Shown: positions 8,922 through 18,732 of the stretch, one piece after another
Position numbering within the stretch: the stretch's first letter is position 1
Layout of the letters: every line of letters begins with the position of its first letter
Virus record (IMG/VR): IMGVR_UViG_3300009169_000002
Direction: 5' to 3' (one strand)
Source: an uncultured virus (IMG/VR IMGVR_UViG_3300009169_000002)
Taxonomy: Duplodnaviria; Heunggongvirae; Uroviricota; Caudoviricetes
DNA: 64,000 nucleotides
Notes under the pieces: model-generated
Told to the model about the DNA's origin: nothing
Seen by the model: the letters and a program-made list of their open reading frames with translations, nothing else
Databases searched by the model: none
Program-made: the position numbers and the translations under genes

Positions 8922-8950
8922 TTGCCATGTAGTTCCGGTGGAGGTACAGT
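8922..8950 (+). promoter_or_regulatory. sigma70-like promoter
   Basis: TTGCCA-N17-TACAGT with upstream A-tract. Confidence 0.65.
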
Positions 8951-8986
8951 ACACCCATCGAACAACACGTGACTTGGAGAACTCAG

Positions 8987-10480
8987 ATGGCACAGCTTAA
9001 CTTCGACGCGACGACCCGCCCGGTACACATCGAGCCGACCCGCACATGGTCAGTGCATCAGGAGCGAGTGTTCAATTTCGTTGAGCACGGCGTCGGGAAC
9101 GCCATCGTCGTCGCGGTCGCCGGCAGCGGCAAGACCACCACGATCGTTGAAGCGCTGAACCGCGTCCAGGGCTCAAGCATCTTCCTCGCGTTCAACAAGT
9201 CCATCGCCGACGAGCTGAAGGCCCGTGGTGTCAACGCTCGCACGTTCCACTCGCTCACGTACGGCCCGGTCATGAAGGCTCGTGGTCAGCACACCGTCGA
9301 GTCGAACAAGCTGCGCAAGCTGTGCGACCAGTACATGACCGGCGAAGACAAGGAACTGTACGGCGCGTTCGCCACCCGTCTGGTCGGCCTTGCCCGTCAG
9401 CAGGGTGTTGGCTTCCTCGTCGCCGACGTCGAGCAGACGTGGATCGACCTGTGCGACCACCACAACATCGAGCTCGACAGCGAGTTCGCGGACATCGGTC
9501 GCGGCATCGAGCTCGCCAGCAAGCTGCTCGATGCTTCGAACGCTTCCAACATGGTTGACTTCGATGACATGCTGTACTTTGCCGTCCGTGACGGCCTGGT
9601 GCTTCCGAAGTACGACTTCATCTTCGTGGACGAAGCGCAGGACACCAATGCAATTCAGCGCGCTATCCTGCGCAAGCTGATGAACGCTGGCACCCGCATC
9701 ATCGCGGTCGGCGACCCGGCGCAGGCCATCTACGGCTTCCGCGGTGCGGACAGCGACTCGCTCGACCTGATTGCAACCGAGTTCAACTGCACGCGCCTGC
9801 CCCTGTCGATCAGCTACCGCTGTCCGCAGGCTGTGGTCAACTTCGCGCGCCAGTGGGTCTCGCACATCGAACCCGCTGCGACCGCCCCGGAGGGTTCGGT
9901 TGAAATGCTCGGAACCAAGTGGGACTCGAGTGTGTTCCAGGCGAACGACCTCGTTGTCTGCCGCACGACCGCCCCGGTCATCACGCTGGCGTACAGCCTG
10001 CTGAAGGCTCGCGTGCCGGTGCGCGTGATGGGTCGCGAAATTGGTCAGGGCCTCAAGAACCTGATCAACAAGCAGAACGCCCACACGATCGACGCACTGG
10101 TCGAAAAGCTGGAAGTGTACCGCACGCGCGAAGTCGAAAAAGCGACCGCCAAAATGGAAGACGCGAAGGCCGAAGCAATCAACGACAAGGTTGACGCGGT
10201 GCTGTGCCTCATCGACGGCTTGGACGAGGGCGACCGCAGCATCAACTCCCTGATGTCGGTTATCGACACCCTGTTTGCCGACGGTGTGAACAAGACGGTG
10301 CTCGCGACCATCCACAAGGCGAAGGGCTTGGAAGCCGACCGCGTGTTCTGGCTCAACAGCAGCGCTTGCCCCGCCAAGTGGGCACGTCAGGATTGGCAGA
10401 AGCAGCAGGAACTGAACCTGTGCTACGTCGCCACCACCCGCGCCAAGTCGGCGCTCATTCTGATCGAGGCAGGTAAGTGA
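8987..10480 (+). CDS. superfamily I (UvrD/Rep-like) helicase
   Basis: AVAGSGKT, VDEAQD, VGDPAQAIYGFRGA, TIHKAKGLE, YVATTRAK. Confidence 0.95.
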   Translation: MAQLNFDATTRPVHIEPTRTWSVHQERVFNFVEHGVGNAIVVAVAGSGKTTTIVEALNRVQGSSIFLAFNKSIADELKARGVNARTFHSLTYGPVMKARGQHTVESNKLRKLCDQYMTGEDKELYGAFATRLVGLARQQGVGFLVADVEQTWIDLCDHHNIELDSEFADIGRGIELASKLLDASNASNMVDFDDMLYFAVRDGLVLPKYDFIFVDEAQDTNAIQRAILRKLMNAGTRIIAVGDPAQAIYGFRGADSDSLDLIATEFNCTRLPLSISYRCPQAVVNFARQWVSHIEPAATAPEGSVEMLGTKWDSSVFQANDLVVCRTTAPVITLAYSLLKARVPVRVMGREIGQGLKNLINKQNAHTIDALVEKLEVYRTREVEKATAKMEDAKAEAINDKVDAVLCLIDGLDEGDRSINSLMSVIDTLFADGVNKTVLATIHKAKGLEADRVFWLNSSACPAKWARQDWQKQQELNLCYVATTRAKSALILIEAGK

Positions 10481-10650
10481 TGGACGAGTACGAAATCAAG
10501 GGCAAGCGCACGGAGGGAACCTTGTTGAAGGTTCCCGTCCCTCGCCTTACCAAGAAGTCGGCGTTCCTGCGCAAGCTGGAACGCATGCAGAACCCTCCCG
10601 TGCCGAAGGGTAACGTTACCCCGCTGAAGCGCACCAAGCGCTCGCTATAG
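10480..10650 (+). CDS. small basic hypothetical protein
   Basis: TGATG coupling; 56 aa. Confidence 0.55.
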   Translation: MDEYEIKGKRTEGTLLKVPVPRLTKKSAFLRKLERMQNPPVPKGNVTPLKRTKRSL

Positions 10651-10764
10651 CGCGATCGGTTGCGAGGTGCTACCCTTGCCCCGAGTCGTGCTTGCGGCGT
10701 GCTTACGCAGCGGCCAACGGCCAGCTAGCGTTCTAAACTGTGCGCTAGAACACGGAGTCGGGTC

Positions 10765-10793
10765 TTGCATCTGCTCAAGGCCCATCCTACACT
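10765..10793 (+). promoter_or_regulatory. sigma70-like promoter
   Basis: TTGCAT-N17-TACACT. Confidence 0.65.
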
Positions 10794-10802
10794 GCCTCAT
10801 GT

Positions 10803-10867
10803 GCAGGGGTCGCCAGCGTTAGGCGATAACGGGTTAGATCGAAGCAACCCTTCCCCTGCTACCTTTT
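10803..10867 (+). ncRNA. putative small three-way-junction RNA or leader
   Basis: GCAGGGG/CCCCTGC closing TCGCC/GGCGA and GGGTT/AACCC stems, then T5. Confidence 0.4.
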
Positions 10868-10879
10868 TCACAGGAGAAC

Positions 10880-11110
10880 ATGATGAGCAGTGCCGACACC
10901 ACTCCCCGCATTTCGGGCTTGACTTTTGAGCAATGGGCAACCCTAGCTGCCCAGATGCCCGACAGCTATGAGCCAACGTATGCCGACGCCATGCGCCTCC
11001 GGATAGACTGGCTTAAAAGCGAGAACATCCTTGACATCCGCCTCCGGAACGTAGACTACGCTCACCGGCTCTTTTCTAACGTGAGAGCAAATACGTTGAC
11101 AAGCTTGTGA
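10880..11110 (+). CDS. hypothetical protein
   Basis: RBS CAGGAG. Confidence 0.6.
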   Translation: MMSSADTTPRISGLTFEQWATLAAQMPDSYEPTYADAMRLRIDWLKSENILDIRLRNVDYAHRLFSNVRANTLTSL

Positions 11111-11160
11111 TTATTTGTTAGTCAGCGCTATGCTATGCGGTAGGGGCCTAGGAGCTTACC

Positions 11161-11319
11161 ATGGCGGATAAAATGACTCATTGCTTTGCCCATCCGGAAC
11201 AGTGTAAGCCTGAAGTATTTCACTGCCGCAATTGCATTGTCGTTCGTCAGGCAGCTCGTGTGGCAGCTTTCGTAGGCTTCGCTGTGTTCCTCTATTTGTA
11301 TTGGGGCCACGCGCACTGA
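11161..11319 (+). CDS. small Cys-rich single-TM protein at the start of the lysis cassette
   Basis: RBS AGGAG; C-terminal TM; stop overlaps endolysin ATG. Confidence 0.55.
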   Translation: MADKMTHCFAHPEQCKPEVFHCRNCIVVRQAARVAAFVGFAVFLYLYWGHAH

Positions 11320-11846
11320 TGGAACCGTTAGCATGGGGCGTCCGGGTTTCGTCGTCTTTTCGTAACCACATCCGACGCATGGCCCAACGCCTCATGATGC
11401 CGCCGGAAGGTGCGCAGTGGTTGATGGCGTGCATTGCTTGGGAGAGCGGGGAAACCTTTTCCCCTTCCATACGCAACGCTGCCGGCAGTGGTGCAACCGG
11501 GCTCATCCAGTTCATGCCTGCAACCGCACGCGGCCTGGGCATCACCGTCGAGCATCTAGCACAGATGACGGCAGAGAGTCAACTCCTTTACGTCGAGAAG
11601 TATTTCCTGCCCTACCGGGGGCGGTTGAACACATTGTCCGACGTCTACATGGCTATACTCTGGCCTGCTGCAATTGGCAAGCCTGAGAACGCTTTGCTGT
11701 GGGATGCAGCAACCCGCCCCACGACATACCGTCAGAACGCAGGGTTGGACGTTAACAAGGACTGGCGCATCACCAAGGAAGAAGCGGCATCCAAGGTAGC
11801 ACGAAAACTCAGAAAAGGCTTAGCTCCGGAAAACGCTCTAGCTTAG
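11319..11846 (+). CDS. endolysin, lytic transglycosylase (SLT-like)
   Basis: MACIAWESGETF.P..N..GSGATGLIQFMP; precedes holin and spanins. Confidence 0.9.
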   Translation: MEPLAWGVRVSSSFRNHIRRMAQRLMMPPEGAQWLMACIAWESGETFSPSIRNAAGSGATGLIQFMPATARGLGITVEHLAQMTAESQLLYVEKYFLPYRGRLNTLSDVYMAILWPAAIGKPENALLWDAATRPTTYRQNAGLDVNKDWRITKEEAASKVARKLRKGLAPENALA

Positions 11847-11920
11847 CATGCAACCCTGTGCTACCATGACACTACTCTGAGCATGGCCTCGGTGTGCGTT
11901 TAAACGTATTACGGGAGTCC

Positions 11921-12268
11921 ATGATGGATGAGAATAGTGTGATGGCCTGGTGGGCTCGCGCGACTGCCTACACTGCGTTCGCCGCATTAGGCGGAGCGCT
12001 TGGGCACCTCATGCGAACGTTCGACAAGCGACCTTTCAGTTGGGCACGTTGCTTGCTCGAAAGTCTTGCAGCGGGGTTTGTGGGCTTGCTAGTGCTGCTG
12101 ACCTGCCAGGCCATGGAGCTGACTGAGCAGTGGACGGGGGTTATCGTGGGTGTGAGCGGTTGGCTAGGCGCCAATGCCACAATCAGGATGCTCGAGTCCA
12201 TTGTCCGCAAACGTCTGGGGCTAGACCCTAGCGTGGAGACACCGAATGGTCCTCCTAACCCTCCTTAA
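11921..12268 (+). CDS. holin (3 TM)
   Basis: Three hydrophobic segments; position in lysis cassette. Confidence 0.85.
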   Translation: MMDENSVMAWWARATAYTAFAALGGALGHLMRTFDKRPFSWARCLLESLAAGFVGLLVLLTCQAMELTEQWTGVIVGVSGWLGANATIRMLESIVRKRLGLDPSVETPNGPPNPP

Positions 12269-12761
12269 AACCTTCTGGAAGCCACTGCTTGCGTTCGCGG
12301 TGGTGGCGCTGCTCGTTTGGCAAGTGTGGTCAGCAGTAAGGGACTACGGGCAGGAGCGCTATGACGCCGGGTACAGCACGCGGAGCGCGGAGTACAAGGC
12401 AGCAGAGGACAAGCAGAAGGACCAACACATTATCAACGTCGAGAAGCGCGAGGTACGCACGAATGAACTTGTTACCGACCTCGGGCAGAAGCTCGACGCC
12501 ATTGCTGCTCGTCCTGTTGGCAAGCCTGTCTGGATGTGCCCACAACCCGCCAGCGTGTCCACCAACCCCGGACCCGCGCCCGACGTCAGCACCTCCCGCG
12601 CTGATGAAGAAGCACAAAGCAGACCTCCGGGACAGGTTCGAGATATTGGTCCAGGAACCCGCGACATCCTTGACGACGGCGACAGTGCCATTGAGCAATT
12701 GACGTCGCTGCAAGCTTGGGTGACTCGCGAGTGTTTACGTCCGCCTACCTTGCCAAACTGA
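12246..12761 (+). CDS. i-spanin (Rz-like)
   Basis: N-terminal TM, coiled coil, C-terminal LQAWV; embedded lipoprotein gene. Confidence 0.85.
   Translation: MVLLTLLKTFWKPLLAFAVVALLVWQVWSAVRDYGQERYDAGYSTRSAEYKAAEDKQKDQHIINVEKREVRTNELVTDLGQKLDAIAARPVGKPVWMCPQPASVSTNPGPAPDVSTSRADEEAQSRPPGQVRDIGPGTRDILDDGDSAIEQLTSLQAWVTRECLRPPTLPN
12463..12702 (+). CDS. o-spanin (Rz1-like) embedded in +1 frame
   Basis: LLLVLLASLSGC lipobox, then Pro-rich. Confidence 0.8.
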   Translation: MNLLPTSGRSSTPLLLVLLASLSGCAHNPPACPPTPDPRPTSAPPALMKKHKADLRDRFEILVQEPATSLTTATVPLSN

Positions 12762-12837
12762 CGAGCTTGCCCTGACTTAAAACCGGCACGTACACTGCCA
12801 ATCAACCGCTCGGGTTATCCGAGTATTTGGGGGCAGC

Positions 12838-13377
12838 ATGGCTGGCCACGACTCCGCACGTTATTGGGATCCTCTTGTAATGCAGCAAGAGATGCCCGCG
12901 TCTGAAAAAACGTTGCGTGATAACTTTGTCACCGAGTACCTCAAGGATCACGACGCTTGGGCGGCGGCTGTGCGCGTGGGCTACCTGCACAACGTTGCGC
13001 ACGAGTACGCATCGTTCTTGATGCAGGAACCGTATGTGCAGCGTGAGATATACCGCAGGCAGGCGGAGCTCGCGTCTAACCCAAAGGAGTCGGAGAAGCA
13101 CGAGCGGCACATGATAAAGCAATGGCTGATCGAGCAGGCGCGGTACAAGGGTCCGGGCAGTTCGCACTCCGCTCGTGTGTCTGCGCTCGCCAAGCTTTGC
13201 AACATCCTTGACATGGACGGCACGGCGAAGGTCAAGAGCGAGGTCACGCACAAGGGTGGCGTCATGCTTGTGCCAGCCATTGCTTCCGTCGATGAGTGGG
13301 AGAAGCAAGCAACCGTGGCGCAGGACGCATTGATTGCTTCCTCGCTCGAGGACAGGGAAGCGAAGAAGCTTAACTGA
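12838..13377 (+). CDS. terS: terminase small subunit
   Basis: FVTEYLKD..AAAVRVGY; directly upstream of terL. Confidence 0.8.
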   Translation: MAGHDSARYWDPLVMQQEMPASEKTLRDNFVTEYLKDHDAWAAAVRVGYLHNVAHEYASFLMQEPYVQREIYRRQAELASNPKESEKHERHMIKQWLIEQARYKGPGSSHSARVSALAKLCNILDMDGTAKVKSEVTHKGGVMLVPAIASVDEWEKQATVAQDALIASSLEDREAKKLN

Positions 13378-14996
13378 TGCAAGCGAGAATCCTAACGCAG
13401 GATGCCAACCGCATAGTCTGGAAGCCTCTGGAGGGTTCTCAAACACTTTCGCAGTCCTGTCCTGCCAACATTATTGTGATGCACGGGACACGCGGCCCGG
13501 GCAAGACGGACTCGCAGTTGATGCGCTTTCGCAGGCGTGTGGGCATCGGGTACGGTCGGTTCTGGCGCGGCGTTATCTTCGACCGCGAGTACAAGAACCT
13601 TGACGACTTGATTTCCAAGTCGATGCGGTGGTTCCCCGAGTTCGGGGACGGTGCTCGCTTCATCAGCAGTAAGAGCGACTATTTGTGGCGCTGGCCCACG
13701 GGCGAAGAACTCATGTTCCGCGCTGTGAAGAAAGAATCGGATTATTGGAGCTATCACGGGCAGGAGTTCCCGTTCCTCGGTTGGAACGAGCTTACCAAGT
13801 ACCCGACCGACACGCTGTTCGACATGATGATGAGTTGCAACCGCTCCTCATACAGGCCCGAGGATTACCCGCTGTTCGTGTCTGGTCAAGCGAACGCGGA
13901 AGGCAAGCTTGTATTCGTAGACGAGGATGACGCAGACGCTGTGCGTTATCTGCTGCCCGAAATCCCGCTTGAAGTGTTTGCTACATGCAACCCGTATGGC
14001 GCCGGACACAATTGGGTCAAGAAGCGTTTCATCAACGCTGCACCTCCGGGGCGTATCTTTAAGCGCGTCATCAACGTGTTCAACCCGCGCACGCAGAAGC
14101 GCGAGGATGTGGTTAAGACACAGGTTCACTTGTTTGGCACGTACCGCGAGAACAAGTACCTCTCTCCGGAATACATTGCTGAGCTGGAAAGCATCACCGA
14201 CCCGAACAAGCGCCGCGCATGGTTGGGCGGGGATTGGGACGTCGTCGCAGGCGGCATGTTCGATGACGCTTGGAATTCACAGCAACACATCCTGAGGCCC
14301 TTTACCATTCCCTCAACGTGGCGCCTCACGCGCTCGTTCGATTGGGGCAGCAGCAAGCCGTTCAGCGTTGGTTGGTGGGCGGAGAGCGACGGTTGCGACA
14401 TACAGCTTCCGGACGGCACATGGCGCAGCACTGTGAAGGGTGATCAGTTTCGCTTCGCGGAGTGGTACGGGTGGAGCGGCAAAAGTAATGTCGGCCTTAG
14501 AATGCTAGCCACCGACATTGCTGCTGGCATTGTAGAGCGTGAGCTTACGATGGGAATTCATGACCGAGTGCGCCCCGGCGCAGCAGACAGCAGCATCTGG
14601 GACGTGGAGAACGGCAACAGCATTGCTGCTGACATGCTCAAGAGCGTCAAGGTTAAGGGCAGCACGTACCGAGGCGTAGAATGGCGCAGAGCAGACAAGT
14701 CACCGGGCAGTAGAAAGGCCGGTTGGGAAAAGCTGCGCAAATACCTGAAGCAAGGTATACGTCAGCATGTGCTTGCACCGGACAAGACACAGATTCCCAT
14801 ACCGCGCGAGAAGCCTGGCCTATTTGTGTTTGACTGTTGCAAAATGTTTATCGATTTATTTCCGAACCTCCCGCGCGACGAAATCGATCAAGACGACGTC
14901 GACACCGAGTCGGAAGACCACATTGGCGACGAAGCTCGTTATCACGTTCTCTCGCTCGGGCTCGGTGCTCGCGGCGGTCGAACTAAAGGCACGTAA
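13377..14996 (+). CDS. terL: terminase large subunit
   Basis: GTRGPGKT, WNELT, TCNPYGAGHNWVK, FDWGS, EDHIGDE. Confidence 0.95.
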   Translation: MQARILTQDANRIVWKPLEGSQTLSQSCPANIIVMHGTRGPGKTDSQLMRFRRRVGIGYGRFWRGVIFDREYKNLDDLISKSMRWFPEFGDGARFISSKSDYLWRWPTGEELMFRAVKKESDYWSYHGQEFPFLGWNELTKYPTDTLFDMMMSCNRSSYRPEDYPLFVSGQANAEGKLVFVDEDDADAVRYLLPEIPLEVFATCNPYGAGHNWVKKRFINAAPPGRIFKRVINVFNPRTQKREDVVKTQVHLFGTYRENKYLSPEYIAELESITDPNKRRAWLGGDWDVVAGGMFDDAWNSQQHILRPFTIPSTWRLTRSFDWGSSKPFSVGWWAESDGCDIQLPDGTWRSTVKGDQFRFAEWYGWSGKSNVGLRMLATDIAAGIVERELTMGIHDRVRPGAADSSIWDVENGNSIAADMLKSVKVKGSTYRGVEWRRADKSPGSRKAGWEKLRKYLKQGIRQHVLAPDKTQIPIPREKPGLFVFDCCKMFIDLFPNLPRDEIDQDDVDTESEDHIGDEARYHVLSLGLGARGGRTKGT

Positions 14997-15005
14997 GGAA
15001 CCACT

Positions 15006-16607
15006 ATGGCAAGCGCAGGCGGCCTAGAAGCTACTCACCCACACTACGACAGCAACGTCACAGCGTGGCAAGCTATGCGTGACCTGTACGACGGCGAGCG
15101 CGCTGTCAAAGCGAAGCGGGACGTGTACCTGCCGCCAACCCCGAGCATGATCCTTGACGGGTTCGGCACGGGCAGCAAGGCTGTCGGTGAAGTGATTTAC
15201 GAAGGGTATCTGAAGCGCGCACTGTTCCCGGAGTTCGTCAACGATGCGGTGCAAGTGCTTGTGGGCATGCTTAACCACAAGCAAGCGAACATCGAAGTCC
15301 CGAAGGTCATGGAGCCGCTGCTGCAAGACTGCACCGTGCAGCATGAGTCCGTGTACGACCTGCTCAGACGCATTCACACCGAGCAGCTGATTACAGGCCG
15401 TATAGGCTTGCTGGCGGACTTGCCCTCCGCCCCTACGGTTACCCCTACCGCTGCCGACGGCAACGCGGCTCCGAGCGTTGTGCTGCCGTATATCGCAAGC
15501 TACGTTGCGGAGGCGGTTCGGAATTGGGACGAGGCTGAGAGTCAGGAAGGCTACAGCGCGTGCAACCTTGTCGTCCTAAACGAAAGCGGCTTCACGCGCG
15601 AAGCGGACTTCACTTGGAAGACCTTCAAGAAGTACCGTGTACTTCAACTCGGTGCGCTTGGACCCAACGAGGATGACACGGGTGGCGCCCCGTACCGCAT
15701 GGGCGTCTTTGACGACCGTGTGGGCGCGCTGTCGTACTCGGAAGAAGCAATGGTGCCCCCGATGTACCGGGGCAAGACACTGACGGAGATTCCGTTTGTG
15801 TTCGCCAACACGCGCGACCTTATGGGGACGCCGGACCTGCCCCCGCTCGAGGGGTTAGGCAAGCATGTGCTGGCGATCTACCGTGGCGAGGCGGACTACC
15901 GGCAAGCGCTGTTCATGACCGGGCAGGACACGCTCGTTGTCATCGGTGGCACGCGCGAACCTGACGGGACTGCGGGTGTGGATGACGGTGCAGTGCGTAC
16001 AGGTGCAGGCAGCCGCATTGACGTCGATATAAACGGTGACGCCAAGTACATAGGCGTCAACTCCGAAGGCTTGGGCGAGATGCGCAGCTCGTTGGAGAAT
16101 GACCGTAAGTATGCCCAGATGAAGTCGGGGCAGCTAATGGAGGGCAAGTCGAAGCAAGAGTCTGGCGAGGCAATGAAGACCCGCCTGACCGCGCAGACAG
16201 CGACGCTCAACCAGATCGCGCTGACCTCCGGCAAAGCGCTCGAAAACATCCTCAAGATTATTGCCCGTTGGATCGGTGCAAACGACGAGGAAGTGAAGGT
16301 CACCCCGAACATGGAGTTCGGCGAGCTGAGCCTGACCGCCACCGACATCAAGGGGCTCATGGAAGCGCGCCTCACCGGCGCACCGCTCAGCAAGAAGTCC
16401 ATCCATGCGCTCATGGTCGAGAAGCGTCTCACGTCGATGACGTATGAGGAGGAAATGGAACAGATTGCTGAGGAAGATGCAGACATGCCCCGCACTGCTG
16501 CGGGTGCAAGCACGCTGACAGCAGAGGAGCAACTTGCGCAGCAGGACGCTGAGCGCGAGCGTGCGGATGCGGATGCGGAAGACGACGACGCGCCAGCCAC
16601 TCAGTAA
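15006..16607 (+). CDS. portal protein (DUF4055-type)
   Basis: 533 aa after terL; HPHY..W..MRD..GE..VK..YLP. Confidence 0.9.
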   Translation: MASAGGLEATHPHYDSNVTAWQAMRDLYDGERAVKAKRDVYLPPTPSMILDGFGTGSKAVGEVIYEGYLKRALFPEFVNDAVQVLVGMLNHKQANIEVPKVMEPLLQDCTVQHESVYDLLRRIHTEQLITGRIGLLADLPSAPTVTPTAADGNAAPSVVLPYIASYVAEAVRNWDEAESQEGYSACNLVVLNESGFTREADFTWKTFKKYRVLQLGALGPNEDDTGGAPYRMGVFDDRVGALSYSEEAMVPPMYRGKTLTEIPFVFANTRDLMGTPDLPPLEGLGKHVLAIYRGEADYRQALFMTGQDTLVVIGGTREPDGTAGVDDGAVRTGAGSRIDVDINGDAKYIGVNSEGLGEMRSSLENDRKYAQMKSGQLMEGKSKQESGEAMKTRLTAQTATLNQIALTSGKALENILKIIARWIGANDEEVKVTPNMEFGELSLTATDIKGLMEARLTGAPLSKKSIHALMVEKRLTSMTYEEEMEQIAEEDADMPRTAAGASTLTAEEQLAQQDAERERADADAEDDDAPATQ

Positions 16608-17806
16608 TGGCTAAGACCGCGAACGAGCTTTTTGAAGACGCACTGATACGTCACCAGACGTATCTGTTGCGCTATGCAGGCTCCGTGCGCAATCGTATCT
16701 GGGCAATCCTCGACCGTACCAACGAAGACATCTCCGACAAAATACGTTCACGCCTAGCGAACAACGTTGGTTTGACCACAGGCGTTGAAATGCGCAGGCT
16801 GGAAGCGTTGGTCGATCAGATTAAAGCTATCCGCGCGCCTGCATGGGTCGAAGCCACCTCCGTGCTGAAAGAGGAAATGGTAGGCTTATCGCTTGCGGAG
16901 AGTGTAGCGCTGAACGGAATCGTCAGCGTGGTGCTTCCGGTTGTAATTGAAACAGCGCTGCCGAGCTCGCGTATGCTGCGCAGCGTCGCGCTTGCCCGAC
17001 CCTTCCAGGGCCAGATACTTGCGGATTGGGCAGCAAGCATGGAAGCAAACGACCTCCGCTTGATCCACAACGCTATCCAGTTGGGCATGACCGCTGGCGA
17101 GTCAATGGACGTTATCACGCGCAGAGTCATTGGCACAGCAAGCATGCAGAACGCTGACGGTGTGAACGCAATGACGAAGCGGCAGGTGCAGGCTGTGGTC
17201 AGAACAGCAGTGCAGCACGTTGCCAACCACTCGCGAACCGCTTGGTTCAATGAGAATAGCGACATCGTAACAACCGAGCGGTTCGTTGCAACACTGGACT
17301 CGCGCACGACTCCGATATGCCGCGCTACCGACGGCAAGCAATTTCCGCTCGGCAAAGGACCGATCCCTCCGCTGCATTGGCAGTGCCGGAGCTTGCGCAT
17401 CGCTGTGTTCGATGGTGTACTGTTAGGCGATCGTCCTGCCAAGCCCTACGTTGAGCGCGAGCTTGTCGAGGAGTACGCAGCAGCAAACCGGCTCGGTGCA
17501 ATCAAGACACGCGCTGCGCTGCCGCGCGGGACGAAAGGGGATTACGACAAGTGGGCTCGCGGTGCAATCCGTAGCAGGGTCGGCCCTGTACCTGCGGACA
17601 CAACTTACGGCGAGTGGTTGAAGGGCCAGAGCAAGACGTTTCAAGACGATACGCTTGGCATCGCGAAGGCAAAGCTGTTCCGCGACGGTGGGCTGACGCT
17701 AGACAAGTTTGTCAACCGCAACGGTGACGAGCTTACGCTGGCACAGCTTGCAGCGCGCGAACGAGCAGCGTTTCTGGCGGCAGGTTTGAACCCGGACAAG
17801 TATTAG
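16607..17806 (+). CDS. minor head protein (SPP1 gp7/MuF)
   Basis: VATLDSRTTPICRATDG..PPLHWQCRS. Confidence 0.9.
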   Translation: MAKTANELFEDALIRHQTYLLRYAGSVRNRIWAILDRTNEDISDKIRSRLANNVGLTTGVEMRRLEALVDQIKAIRAPAWVEATSVLKEEMVGLSLAESVALNGIVSVVLPVVIETALPSSRMLRSVALARPFQGQILADWAASMEANDLRLIHNAIQLGMTAGESMDVITRRVIGTASMQNADGVNAMTKRQVQAVVRTAVQHVANHSRTAWFNENSDIVTTERFVATLDSRTTPICRATDGKQFPLGKGPIPPLHWQCRSLRIAVFDGVLLGDRPAKPYVERELVEEYAAANRLGAIKTRAALPRGTKGDYDKWARGAIRSRVGPVPADTTYGEWLKGQSKTFQDDTLGIAKAKLFRDGGLTLDKFVNRNGDELTLAQLAARERAAFLAAGLNPDKY

Positions 17807-17867
17807 GCTGACAGCGTGAGCTGTGGTCAACAACCCGTCGCATGGGCGACATTTAACGGAGCATAGC

Positions 17868-18692
17868 ATGGCTATCAAGGCAGTGGTCGAGAAACTGGAT
17901 GAGGTCGACGAAAGGTATCGTGACCTGTACACCGAGCGCAACGGCAAGTTCGAGCTCACGGGTGTCGAAGGCATGAAGACCGAGGCAGACGTTACCCGTC
18001 TGAGCAGCGCGCTCGAGAAAGAGCGTAACGACCACAAGGGAACGAAGAAGCGCTTCGAGGTTTTCGGCGACCGCAAGCCCGAAGACATTCTGACGCTGCT
18101 CGACCGCATCCCGGAACTCGAAGCTGCTGCTGAGGGCAAGCTGGACGACAACGCGATCAACAAGATCGTGGAAACGCGCATCGGCGCGAAGGTCGGCCCG
18201 TTGGACCGTCAACTCAAGCAGATGGCGCAGCAGAACGCTGAGCTCCTTGCTGAGAACAACGGTTACAAGACCAAGGAGATGACCCGCACGCTGCACGACT
18301 CCATTCGGGAAGCGTTCGGCAAGTCGCAGGGCATCCAGAGTGCAGCGTTGGAAGACGCGCTCATGCTTGGCGAACGCATGCTGTCGCTCAACGACGAAGG
18401 CAAGGTCGTTACGCGCGACGGTGTGGGTGTCACGCCTGGTGTCGACGCTGTGGTGTGGCTCACCGAGATGCAGCAGAAGCGTCCGCATTGGTGGGGTCCG
18501 ACACAAGGCGGCGGCTCTGGCGGGAACAACGGTCGCCCGGGCGGTGACGGTGGACGGAACCCGTGGTCGGCTGACGCTTGGAACCTTACGGAGCAGGGTC
18601 GCATCTGGAAGGAGAACAAGACCCGCGCCGAACAACTCGCTCGTTCTGCCGGTACAACGATTGGCGGCGCAAAGCCGCTTGCAAAAAAGTAA
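17868..18692 (+). CDS. capsid scaffolding protein
   Basis: Coiled coil with G-rich C-terminal NPW motif; upstream of MCP. Confidence 0.85.
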   Translation: MAIKAVVEKLDEVDERYRDLYTERNGKFELTGVEGMKTEADVTRLSSALEKERNDHKGTKKRFEVFGDRKPEDILTLLDRIPELEAAAEGKLDDNAINKIVETRIGAKVGPLDRQLKQMAQQNAELLAENNGYKTKEMTRTLHDSIREAFGKSQGIQSAALEDALMLGERMLSLNDEGKVVTRDGVGVTPGVDAVVWLTEMQQKRPHWWGPTQGGGSGGNNGRPGGDGGRNPWSADAWNLTEQGRIWKENKTRAEQLARSAGTTIGGAKPLAKK

Positions 18693-18703
18693 CCGCTCAG
18701 GGC

Positions 18704-18732
18704 TTGCGTAGTCAAAAGGCCCATGCTACATT
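18704..18732 (+). promoter_or_regulatory. sigma70-like promoter for MCP
   Basis: TTGCGT-N17-TACATT. Confidence 0.55.

Noticed and set aside
10651..10752. Third copy of the 150-bp element
   Set aside because: Shares only CGATCGG and GCGTTCTA with different spacing; no DnaA boxes
10803..10863. Canonical tRNA
   Set aside because: About 60 nt, only two arms, no GTTC and no CCA end
13845..13970. Intein in terminase
   Set aside because: Insert is short and lacks intein terminal motifs
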